DNA of 64,000 nt from Chloropicon primus (lineage: Eukaryota), in NCBI GenBank assembly GCA_023205875.1, contig CP060757.1:868001-932000 (forward strand), in the 5' to 3' direction. Positions 10,317 through 21,000 of this stretch are shown here, in pieces; position 1 is the first letter of the stretch, and each line of letters starts with the position of its first letter. The notes beneath the pieces were generated by a model that was not told where the DNA came from, did not search any database, and saw only the letters and a list, made by a program, of their open reading frames with translations. Both the position numbers and the translations under genes were made by a program.

Positions 10317-11390
10317 ATGTCGTCGCGTGCGCTGAGGGCGGTGAAGACGAGCCTTGGGGGGGAGGATCGGGGCGGCGGGGGAGGGGGAGGGAGGAGGGTG
10401 AGCGGGGCGGTGCCGAGCTCGACGACGGTCAAGAGGCCGAGGGAGGAGGTGGGTCAGAGCCCCGACCCGGTGCAGGGGTCGACCCCGGCGCTGCCAAAGT
10501 CGTTTCGCGTCCTCGAGGAGACCTACGAGAAGGTGTGCTTCATCTTCGGCATCCACTCGAACAACGACCGGAGGACGCTGCGCGACCTTCAGGAGGCGTT
10601 CCACCAGCTGTGCGGGCGGAAGGTCCGGCTGGACGAGCTGCGGCAGCTGAGGTCGGCTTACCCGGGCTGCCTGGCGTTCGGGTACAGGGGGCTGTCGTCG
10701 AAGCCGCTGAGCCTGGACCTCACCGTCCAGATCCCGAAGGAGGGTGGGAGGCCTTGTTCCGAGAAGCACAAGCGCGTGCTGAGGAAGAGGCTCCTGCGGC
10801 TCGCCCAGCGGGGGGGCGGGCTTCCGCTGTCGGACCTCCCGGAGCGGCCATCGAACCGCTCCCTCGAGGAGTCAGAGAAGTACGTCAAGAAGGTGATCCA
10901 GTCCTACTCCCCGAAGCGGAACAGGGTGGGGGCGCCGGGGCAGCCCTCGTCCTCCACCATCAAGTCCTTCTTCCAGACCAACAAGCTGGTGTCGAGCGGG
11001 GCCCTGGACATGGTGGAGCGCACCCACAACAAGATGAGGAAGCTCTTCGACGAGTCCGAGCTGGAGGAGAGGAGGAGGAGGAGGAACGTCGCTCAGCTCC
11101 CCGCCCTCTTCGACAGGCTGAGGGGCCTCTTCCGCAGCCACAACAGGAGGGCGATGCCGCTGAAGGACGTCCTGCCGCACCTCATGAGCATGAGGAGGGA
11201 CAAGTCCATCCAGTTGGCCGAGATAGAGGAGCAGCTCAAGCTCATTGTCGACGAGGCGCCGGAGTGGTGCACGGTGCAGACGGACACAAGGAACAACAAA
11301 ATTCTTTCCACAAACTTGAACGCGAATCCAAATGTGGTGAGAAGGAAGCTAAGTCTCTTGTCACAGGACTTGGAGTCACCCAAGCCTTGA
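10317..11390 (+). CDS. CDT1: DNA replication licensing factor CDT1-like
   Basis: N-terminal domain LPKSFRVLEETY...LRQLRSAYP and C-terminal winged helix LPALFDRLRGLF...EEQLKLIVDEAPEWC. Confidence 0.75.
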   Translation: MSSRALRAVKTSLGGEDRGGGGGGGRRVSGAVPSSTTVKRPREEVGQSPDPVQGSTPALPKSFRVLEETYEKVCFIFGIHSNNDRRTLRDLQEAFHQLCGRKVRLDELRQLRSAYPGCLAFGYRGLSSKPLSLDLTVQIPKEGGRPCSEKHKRVLRKRLLRLAQRGGGLPLSDLPERPSNRSLEESEKYVKKVIQSYSPKRNRVGAPGQPSSSTIKSFFQTNKLVSSGALDMVERTHNKMRKLFDESELEERRRRRNVAQLPALFDRLRGLFRSHNRRAMPLKDVLPHLMSMRRDKSIQLAEIEEQLKLIVDEAPEWCTVQTDTRNNKILSTNLNANPNVVRRKLSLLSQDLESPKP

Positions 11391-11481
11391 ATAAATAAGC
11401 AAAAGTGTAATCTTTTCATTCTGACCCCGAAAGGAGACCGAAAAGCCTCCCCCCCAGCACTACCCCCTTTCCCCTCAAAAA

Positions 11482-12231
11482 TCAACCGGGAAGGGCGTCG
11501 TCCAAGACCGTGCTGAGCTTGCTGTACTCCTCCCTCGTCTTCTCCTTGATCTCCGAGACGGCCTGGACGGCAAAATAAGTCGCAGATATCGAGAGCAAAA
11601 AATTGAAGAACACGAAGACAGCTGCGGCCGTCTCGTACCCGCTGTTCATCCCGGACTCTCTAGGGAACTTGATTGTGGTGTCCACCGCGACGTCCACGAA
11701 CAGGTGGAAGGAGAGAACAATCTAGAGTTTTTCCGACGAGAGGGAGCACAAAGTTAGCGAATTCGCCAATGGGGGCGAAAAAAAAATCGAGGTCCAACCC
11801 ACCTGAACGATGTTGTAGCTGAAGAAAGCCGTGACCATCTCCTTCTGCGAGTTGATGACGCCGGCGAGTCCAAAGAAAGCGAACGTGTTGTTCAGCAGGG
11901 ACAGGAAGAACACCTGGTGAAAGTTAAATGCCGAGAGAGAAATAGAGAGAGAGAGAGAGAGAGAGAAAAACGAGGTCAGTCTTCGAGTGATTCTCCTTCC
12001 GCCAGCTTGCGGGAAACAACCTGGCAAAACACGAAGCCAGGGACGACTTACGATATCCATCGGCGTGCTGGTTGTGGTCAAGACGGTCCCCGTGGCACCG
12101 CCATCGCCCACTGTGGCCGGCACTTTGACGCGGAAGAACTCTTTCTTGTACGCTTCATATATACCCAGAAGAACGAGCCCCACCACCAACTGGAGAACAG
12201 ATATACACAGAACGCCTCCCCCGCTCTTCAT
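11482..12231 (-). CDS. Small four-TM membrane protein (tetraspanin-like topology), 3 exons
   Basis: Exons 12231-12052, 11913-11803 and 11721-11482 give 176 aa with about four hydrophobic segments. Both introns are phase-0 GT-AG. Confidence 0.7.
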
Positions 12232-12620
12232 TGGATTCTTGGTAAAGGCGGTCCAAACGCTCACGAAGTTCAAGAAGAAGACGCTCTTATGAACGGATTC
12301 CTGTGCAAGCGGAGATCCCTCCCTCTCTCCCCAAACTACCCCTCGACGTCGGCGTCGATAGATGGCCCCACACGTTCTCCCACTACCCCTAAGAACCCCC
12401 TCGCTCTCGCTCGCTCTCTCCAGCAAATCGAATCGAATCGAGAACAGAAGAGGGAGAGGGAGGAGAGACGAGGGGAGGGAGAGGAGGAGTTGAAGCGCGG
12501 TAGGGTAGTGACATGGGTGTTGTGAGGGAGTAGCAGCAGGAGGGGTTGCACCAGCGAGAGAGTCCAAAGACGCAATTGGACTGTTGTTCCTTGGGAAGCA
12601 GAAGAGTACAAGAGTACAGT

Positions 12621-13143
12621 ATGAACCAGACGAACAACTCCGTGTTGGGGCAGAAGGCTCACCAGTTGGAGGAGAGAGCGCGGCAACTCGCGTTTCTTGA
12701 AGGTAAGTTCGCGACGAGACCGCCGCTCTCACCGGCGTGGGAGGTAGCGGGCCCTGCTCTCGTCCCGAGTCGCAGTCACTAAAGCGCTTCCTTTCTTTCC
12801 AAACTTCGTTTCGTGCTTTGGCCTCTTCCTCCTTTGTGCAGACCAAGAGCTGAAGAGGGGTTCCACGCTGAACATTATTCCCCCAACGCCGATAAAGAAG
12901 ACGAGCCAGTCCCCAGCTGTTGCTGCCGCTCAACAGGCGGTGATTTCGACCTTGAGGCACAGCACGACTCCGCAAGTTGCGCCCAATCCTGTGCTGGTGC
13001 CAACGGTGCCGCTCGCGGCCTCGTACCTCCACCAACAGCTTCAGCCACAACAACAGCAGCAGCCTGCGACGGACCCGCCTCGGGAAATGGCGGTCGACGG
13101 GGAAGCTGAGGCGGGCGAGGAGGCGGAGACGACCTCATCCTGA
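12621..13143 (+). CDS. Small low-complexity hypothetical protein, 2 exons
   Basis: Exons 12621-12702 and 12842-13143 join in frame (GTAAGT...CAG): MNQTNN...LEDQELKRGSTLNIIPPTPIKK...QQQQQ...ETTSS. Confidence 0.55.
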
Positions 13144-13231
13144 GCGGCAAAAGTGATAGTAATACATAAAAACAGCTGGTGGAGTTATCTCCACCGCTTC
13201 TTGTCTTCTTTGGTATCCGCACCCCTTCTTC

Positions 13232-14815
13232 TTACATCCAGTCATCGTCGTCGTCATCGTAGAAGTCCTCAAAGTTCGCTGGCTGTTCGAACTCTGTGAG
13301 ATCGATCGCGTAACGGAGCAGGCCACCAATGCCTCCGAAACCTCTGCAGAACTGAGACCCTTCCTGAGACTTGTTCGTGACGAACTCCAAGACGCAGCCA
13401 AACTTCTTGTACTCGTTTGCCACCCACTCCACAAGGAGCTGCTTCTCCTTGGTCTCAAGCTCAACTCCCGTCTCCTCGTCGTGAAAGTGCTTGTCGTCCT
13501 TGGCCTGGACCTCGGTCAGGTGCTTCGTCACAGTCTCTCCGGTGGCCGTGTTCTGCAGGGTGTACCTGAAAACGTCCAAGTTCTCGAACACTATGAGGGT
13601 CTCGATGGCGCCCATCTCCAGGCAAGTCAACGTGTCGTCCACTCCGAAGACATACTTCCCCGTGTCCTTGCTGATTTCATCAAAGAACTTGCTAATAAGC
13701 TTCTTCTCCTGCACGAACTTCACGTTGGCAAGAGTGTCCGCAGAGAGTTCAATGGCCTGACTGAAGCCGTTCTCTCCTCCGTAGGACACATCGACGATGC
13801 TAGTGATGACTTGCTGGAGCCTCTCGTCGAACATGTCACTGTGACTCAAGACGTTCTTGAAGTCAGCCGAACCAGCAAGGACGAGGCCAGCGACGTTTGG
13901 CCTGTCGTTCGTGATGAACATCTGCACCGCGATTTCGGCCACCTTTCTCACGTAATTGTGCCTCTTCTCGAGACGAAGACGGGCGAAACGAAGGGCGGAC
14001 TGACCACCACGACCGTGCTTCTTGGGCAAGTCAACTGTGATCTTGTGCAGGACCTCGCGGTGGTTGCCACTCAACGTGCCGAAGAGCGACCCGTTACCGT
14101 CCATCACAATGAAACCGTACTTCTGGTCACTCTGAAGGAGTTCGCTCAAAGCTTCTGTGTGGAACTTGTTATCGCACAGGTAAAGCGACGTGTTGATTGG
14201 CTTGAAGGGCTCGAAGTCGATATTCAGCTTCTTCTCCTTTCCGTCCTCCGTCATCACGGTGCCAGTGTAGAGGACCAGGCCTAGAGAGAGAGAGAGAGGA
14301 CAAGAAGAATGAATGAACTCAAACGTCAGCCCCTTCGCACAACTGCCGCGCAGCCTCGAGCCCAGGAGCTCAGAAATTGCACTCACCGTTTGGTGGAACC
14401 TTATTGTAGAGCTTCAGGCGCTGCTGGGCCGACGTGATGGCTCCCAGAACAGACAAACGGTTCACCCTACTCTTGATATTCGAAGCGGTTCCGTACTCAT
14501 CTCCCAACATTTTTGCAATACGGTTGACTTGGTCCTGCGGGGGCGGAGGGAGAACCAAGCGACGAGGAGGAAGCGAGGAGGCAACGAAAACGAGAACGAA
14601 AAAGGACGTCAGCAAACGTGCGGTCGGCGGGCGGGGGAGGAAGGGGAAAAAGATTAAAATGACCTCGACGTCCGCGCTCGTACCTTTGGAGGAATAATGA
14701 GACTAATCATAGAGGTGCCGTTTCCTCGAGCGGCCTCAAGAGCCTTGATCAGTTTCTTGACCTTCCATATCTCGACCTGCTGGTCCGCGTCACTCGAGTC
14801 AGCAGCGGCGCCCAT
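13232..14815 (-). CDS. ERF1: Eukaryotic peptide chain release factor 1, 3 exons
   Basis: Exons 14815-14684, 14534-14387 and 14280-13232. Motifs [29 protein letters not shown] and GFGGIGG. Confidence 0.97.
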
Positions 14816-15002
14816 CTTGCTCTCTCTCTTCGTTCCCGCACTCTCCGCTCTTCTTGCTCGGCCTCGCGCGGCGGCTCGTCGCAAAATGTACGACTTACGA
14901 AAAGCATGGTGAAAACCTGGACAAGGACAATACGACGACGACGACGGAGGTGGGGCCGAGCGGAGTGAATGAATGAATAATGAATGATATAAGGGTGAAG
15001 AG

Positions 15003-15897
15003 TCATGACTCCAGGGCCTCCTTCACGATGGACAGAGCCAGGATCGCTGCTTCTTGGGCGGTGTGCTTGCCTTCTGCCATAAGCTTTTCAAAGGTCTCGG
15101 TGACGAGTTTCTCGAATTCCTCCCTCAGGGACGACGGGGGCTCCTTGTCCTCGTCCTTGTCCTCTGCTCCCCCACTGCCCCTTTGCTTCGGCTCAGTCCC
15201 GGGCTCCCTGGGGGTGCCTTCGCCTCCTTCGTTCCCACGGCTCTGCCCCCCTTCGTCCTGGCGCCCCCCCTCTCCGCCACTCGTCGCCCTCGTCGTCGTC
15301 TTCTCCTCCTCCCTGCCTCGCTCCGCAAACGTCGTCCCTGTTCCGACCGAACCGAGGTGCTGCTCGAGCTGCTCGAGGACGGGGCGGAGCAGGGACCCCA
15401 ACGGGGAGTTCAGAACCGTCTCTGGCAGTCTGACGATATCCTCTGTGACAACGAAAGGAGAACGCGTCAGTCGACCGAAACCGCCACGAACGTGTGGACC
15501 ATCCACTCCTACCTGGTATGCCCTTGCCCACCAGAAACATGCAAAAGCTGTCAGAAAAGTTGTTGCAGTTGTTCTTCATCAAGTTGTACGACTCTGGCGT
15601 GAACGTCTGTGCGAGGTCAAAGAGCATCTCCCTCACGAGCTCCGGAGGAATAAAAGTCTTCCCCATGTTGATCACTTTGTGGGGGCGTCCGAAGGGAGTC
15701 TGGCCCGCCGTGGCCTCGTTCAGTCCGTGACCAAAGTAGTACTCTTGCCCGTACACCACTGTCCCCGTGTGATAGATCGCATTTATCTGCGTTCCGAGAA
15801 GGAAAGGACTCAGCGCACTCGCCATGCCCGCTGACAAGTCGTACACGTGGAGCAGGACCTCCGAGGAGGACCCGCCATCGTCCTCCTGTCCCGCCAT
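15003..15897 (-). CDS. PPPDE/DeSI desumoylating isopeptidase-like protein, 2 exons
   Basis: Motifs [21 protein letters not shown] and [12 protein letters not shown]. Intron 15443-15512 restores the frame (GKGIP|EDIVRLP). Confidence 0.9.
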
Positions 15898-15972
15898 CGT
15901 TCACCAGTTGTCGACCCCCCCCAAAAAAAAACCAAACGACGCGACCCAACAATAGACAGTCTGTGCTGGCCT

Positions 15973-16003
<31 letters not shown>

Positions 16004-16276
16004 CAAAAGGTTTTGGTTCAGTCTCTCTCACAAGCCCTCCGTGTTGTTCGAGCGAGGGGTTGGGACGAGGTGGGAAACACACGACGCTTCCGCGTGTCCC
16101 TCCTCGTTCTCGACCGTCCAAGTCATCGGGCCCCCCTCACACCTTACCTTTCCCGATCGAAAGTCTTCGTCCCCCCCTCTCTCTCTTCGCGATCAAAATC
16201 GATCGATCGCAGCGATCAAAGGGGGGAAGAGGGAGCGCGCCGGTAGTGCGTGGTGCGTGTGTGGACGAGGTAGGAG

Positions 16277-17299
16277 ATGGACTTTGGGAGCGAGGCTGCC
16301 CTGAGGGAGGCGACGACTTGCACGATATGCCTGTCCACGATACAGAACACTCGCGCGGTGAAGGAGTGTCTTCACCGGTTTTGTCGGGAGTGCATAGAGG
16401 TTGCCATGAGGCAGAACAGGCCAGAGTGTCCTTTGTGCAAGACGCGGATACCGTCGAGGCGATCGTGCAAGGAGGACAAGGCCTTCGACGCTCTTCTGGA
16501 GTCGATTTACGGGGACCTGGATCAGCTCCGGGCGGCGGAGAGGAAGAAGTCTGAGGAGTGGTGGTCCAAGAACAAGGGGAGTTTCAAGCACATTGGGGAG
16601 TCGTTCTTGAAGCAGAAGGAGGCCACGAGGGGCAGGAGGGCCACCGTTCCGAAGCGGACGAAGAAGCGGAGGGAGGCGCCGCCGCCGCTATCGCCTCAGG
16701 ACGCGAAAGCCGCGAGGGCCGCGAGGGCCGCGAGGCGCCTCGCCCCGAGGAAGCCGTCGCCCGGGCGTTCGGGGGGCACGTCCCCGACGAAGAACCCCAA
16801 GGACCCCGGGCCGATCGCGACCACGGCCGAGGTGGCCGGGTCGTACCTGTACCTCCGGGCCTCGGAGAGGAGCCTCAGCGAGAGGATCAAGGAGAAGGTC
16901 GAGGCCAGGAGGGTGTCCCAGCTGGTGGAGGAGGAGAAGCGCCACATCATGGTGACCCTGGAGGCCGGAAACGACATCGACGAGGAGCTCGCCTTGCTCA
17001 AGCCCCACCTCCTCTGCAAGCCCAGCCTGAAGATCTCGAGCCTCAAGAGGATGATCGAGTCCAAGCACCCGGGGAGGCTGGGCGAGGACCAGCTGCACTT
17101 GTACCTCTGGATGGGCGCGCCGAGTCCCGCCAAGCAGGCCGTCCGGCTCGTCAGGTGCGGAGAGGGGGACAGGCTCGACTCCTTCAAGGCGCACGAGGGG
17201 GTCAGGGACCTCAGGGCGGGCCTCAGTTTCGTCTACAGCCAGAAGGAGTCCCTGCCCCACGACTATCGCGGCCGGGTCGCGTCGACGCCGTCGCCCTAA
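16277..17299 (+). CDS. RING1: PRC1-type RING1 E3 ligase (RING plus RAWUL-like C-terminus)
   Basis: CTICL..IQNTRAVKECLHRFCRECI...ECPLCK...SRRSCKEDKAFDALL resembles plant/animal RING1A/B. The C-terminal LKPHLLCKPSLKISSL resembles the RAWUL domain. Confidence 0.75.
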   Translation: MDFGSEAALREATTCTICLSTIQNTRAVKECLHRFCRECIEVAMRQNRPECPLCKTRIPSRRSCKEDKAFDALLESIYGDLDQLRAAERKKSEEWWSKNKGSFKHIGESFLKQKEATRGRRATVPKRTKKRREAPPPLSPQDAKAARAARAARRLAPRKPSPGRSGGTSPTKNPKDPGPIATTAEVAGSYLYLRASERSLSERIKEKVEARRVSQLVEEEKRHIMVTLEAGNDIDEELALLKPHLLCKPSLKISSLKRMIESKHPGRLGEDQLHLYLWMGAPSPAKQAVRLVRCGEGDRLDSFKAHEGVRDLRAGLSFVYSQKESLPHDYRGRVASTPSP

Positions 17300-18010
17300 T
17301 GCACAAAGGTCACAACGAGTCCTATCCTATGTGTATATGTATATGTATATATAAAATGTATTCTTTACTTTTCGTCTTTGTCTCTCGTCGCATACATTGG
17401 TGCGAAAGGCTGCTGTTTCGCGGTGCTCGTGCTGCTCTTGGCAAAGCAAAGCAAAGACAAGGACCAAGGGTGTCCGCCGACCCGAAACGATTCTCGCCCC
17501 ACCACCTTGATTTTTGGGTGGACACAAGACAAGACAGAAAACAAATAGCCTTCGTTTGAGGCCCCCTAACCTAACGACTAGCCGTTACGAACTTTTACTC
17601 CCCCGACCGTTGACCGCTGGGCCTAGGACGCAAGCTCTCTCAGGACCGTTTCATTTCCGGTTTCGAAAGCGTTTCTTTCCTGGCCCCCCTCAAACCCGCG
17701 ATTTGCACTCTCCTCATGAAAATCGAAGAGGAAAATCTCAGGAGGGCGTAGGGGGAGTTGGGTGGGGGATCGCGTCGCCAGGGGTCAGGCTGTGAGTGCT
17801 CCTTGTCCTTGGTGGGTTCGCTAGCTTCCGCGCGCGGTCTCGTGTAGTGAAGGGTCGTCGTCGCGTTCCCGGAGAGGTTCTTCGAGGCGCCCGAGTTGTG
17901 GTTCCACCGCGCTCCGGCGACGGTTCCTTCGAGGCGGTGTGTGATCGAGCGAGCGAGCGTTTCTCGCTCTCGACTTGTGGGGACTGCTCGGGCTACTTCG
18001 GACTGCTCCT

Positions 18011-21000
18011 ATGGGCAAGGGGAGCAACGACGCCAAAGCTGACGCCTTGGTTCTGGGGAGCATGGTGACGAAGGTCGACAGCGCGGCCTCGTTGGAGGTG
18101 CTGAGCAACGTGAACGAGGCGATCGTGAGGAGGAGCCAGTCCCAGAGGCTGGACGACCTGCAGCACCCCGGCCGCAAGGGCAAGTTCGATGCGGCGATCA
18201 ACTCGTTCGTCCAGGGCCTGGGGGGCTCGAGGGTCATCAGGAGCATTCTCATCTCGAACAACGGCCTCGCGGCCGTGAAGTTCATAAGGAGCGTCAGGGG
18301 TTTCTCCCTGAAGAACCTCGGGGACGAGAGGGCCATCGCCCTCGTGGCGATGGCCACCCCGGAGGACATGAGGGTCGGGGCGGAGCACATCCGCATGGCG
18401 GACCAGATCGTGGAGGTTCCCGGGGGGAGCAACAACAACAACTACGCGAACGTGAGGCTCATCGTGGAGGTGGCCGAGCAGCAGAAGGTGGACGCGGTGT
18501 GGCCGGGCTGGGGCCACGCCTCGGAGTACCCCGACCTCCCCGCGGCCCTCAAGGCCGCCGGAATCGTCTTCCTGGGCCCCCCGTCGGAGCCCATGGCGGC
18601 GCTCGGGGACAAGGTCGGCTCCACCATCCTCGCCCAAGCCGCCAAGGTGCCGACTCTGGGCTGGAGCGGCAGCAAAATAGCCGTGTCCTACGAGGAGTGC
18701 AACGGCGTGATCCCGGAGGAGACGTACAGGAAGGCGTGCATCAACGACGGGGACGAGGCCGTCAAGGTCTGCGATGAGATCGGGTACCCGATCATGCTCA
18801 AGGCCTCCTGGGGCGGCGGCGGCAAGGGCATCAGGAAGGTCTTGGACAGCAAGAACGTGGCCCAGATCTTCAAGCAGGTTCAGGCGGAGGTGCCGGGCTC
18901 CCCGATCTTCGCCATGAAGCTCGCGCCGAAGAGTCGTCACCTCGAGGTCCAGCTTCTGGCGGATATGCACGGGAACGTCTGCGCGCTGTTCAGCCGCGAC
19001 TGCAGCGTCCAGCGCAGGCACCAGAAGATTGTCGAGGAAGGCCCCGTTACCATCGCCTCGCAGGAGAGCCTGAGAGAGATGGAAGTCGCAGCCTGCAACC
19101 TCGCAAAAAGCGTGGGGTATGTGGGCGCAGCGACCGTGGAGTACCTGTATCTTCTTGACACGAAGGAGTTCTGCTTCCTCGAGCTCAACCCCCGTCTCCA
19201 GGTGGAGCACCCCGTGACCGAGTGGATTTCCGGGGTGAACATACCCTCTTGCCAAGTTATGATCGGAATGGGAATCCCTCTGTGGAGGATTCCTGACATA
19301 AGGAGGCTGTACAAGAAGGCGCCCAAGGATGACTCTTTCTTCGACCTCGCCAATGAAGAGAAGGGAGACCCCTCGGGGCACGTGGTCGCCGTGAGAATCA
19401 CCTCTGAAGACGCGGGTGATGGGTTCAAGCCCACAAGCGGATCCATTGACGAGCTGAGCTTCAGATCCACGCCAGATGTGTGGGGATACTTCAGTGTGAA
19501 GGGAGGCGGAGGAGTTCACGAGTATGCGGATTCCCAGTTTGGGCACTTGTTCGCAAAGGGTGAAACGAGGACCGAGGCCATCAAGCACATGCTTGTGGCC
19601 TTGGCTGACATCAAGATCCGAGGAGAGATAAGGACGACAGTCGATTACCTCATTGACATGCTTCAGTGCCCTGGGTTCGTGGACAATCAAGTCAGCACCA
19701 GCTGGCTTGACGAAAGGATCGAGAAGCAAGTGAAGCCGGATGCTCCTGTTTGGTACCTGGCTGTCATTGGAGCATGTGTCTCAAAGGCTTACGAAGTGCT
19801 GCAGGCAAGGATGGCGGACTTCATCAGCTATCTGGAGAAGGGTCAAATTCCGGGAAGGAACACACTGTTGGAAGCGGTCCACCACACCATGGTGATGGAT
19901 GGAGTGAAGTACGAGACAGAAGTGGTGAAGATCGGACCGCAGCAGTACAAAGTGTCACTGAACGGAAGCTCGGTTTATGTGGTCGCCCGTGCGCTGAGGG
20001 ATGGAGGTCTGTTGATGCAGCTGGATGGCAACGCACACGTCGTTCACGCAGAAGAAGTGGCTTTGGGCACACGCTTGCTCATTGGGCAGAAGACCTGCCT
20101 CATTGAGAAGGAGATGGACCCCTCCAAGGTGGTGGCCGTGACTCCTGGAAAGCTGGTGAGATGGCTTGTCGAAGACAAAGCTCACGTGAAAGCCGATGAA
20201 CAATACGCGGAAATCGAAGTCATGAAGATGATCATGCCTTTGGTGAGCTCCGCGGCTGGAATCATTTCCTTGGAGATTGCTGAGGGCCAGCAGGTTGCGC
20301 CCGGTCAATTGATCGCGAGGATCAAGCTTGATGACGAGTCATCCATCAAGATCGCAGAGCGCTTCAAAGGCGTGTTCCCGACAATGGGACCGCCTATGAT
20401 CGTTGGAAACTCCACAGACCAGAAGTACAACGACTCCTTGCAGAGTCTGCTCTTGGTCCTTGCAGGATATGAGCATTCGGTAGAGGAGAACATTTCCAAA
20501 TTGCTGAGCGCTATTGATGATCCAGAACTTGCTTTGAGGCAGTGGCAACAAGCCATCTCGGCAATCAAGGCCAGGATGCCTCCTGTTTTGGTGAGGAAGC
20601 TCGATGACATCATTGGAACGTACGAGAAGGCTCTCACTGAGGGCGTGGGCAGCGATCCAGCTTCCACCTTTTCCATGAGGTTGACTCCTCGATCATTGCC
20701 CTTCCCATCAGATGCCGTGTTGAATGCCATCGATGAATTCATTGACAATGCTCCACAAAATGACCAGATGCAACTCCAGGTCACCTTGGAGCCAATTATC
20801 TCCGTGGGCTACATTCATCAGGGTGGTCGAGAAGCTCATGCAAGCAGGATTGTGAGGCAGCTGCTCGACAAGTTCTTGCTTGTAGAAGAGGTCTTCAATA
20901 CAGATGCACAGCTTTCTGATATCATTGAGGATCTCAGGCACAAGCACGTGGGGGCTCCTCAAGAGGTCCTGGACATTGTTGTCTCACACCAGTCTTTGCC

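Noticed and set aside
13232..14815. Variant genetic code signalled by eRF1
   Set aside because: The GTS, TASNIKS and YxCxxxF motifs are canonical, and TAA, TAG and TGA all end genes in this window.
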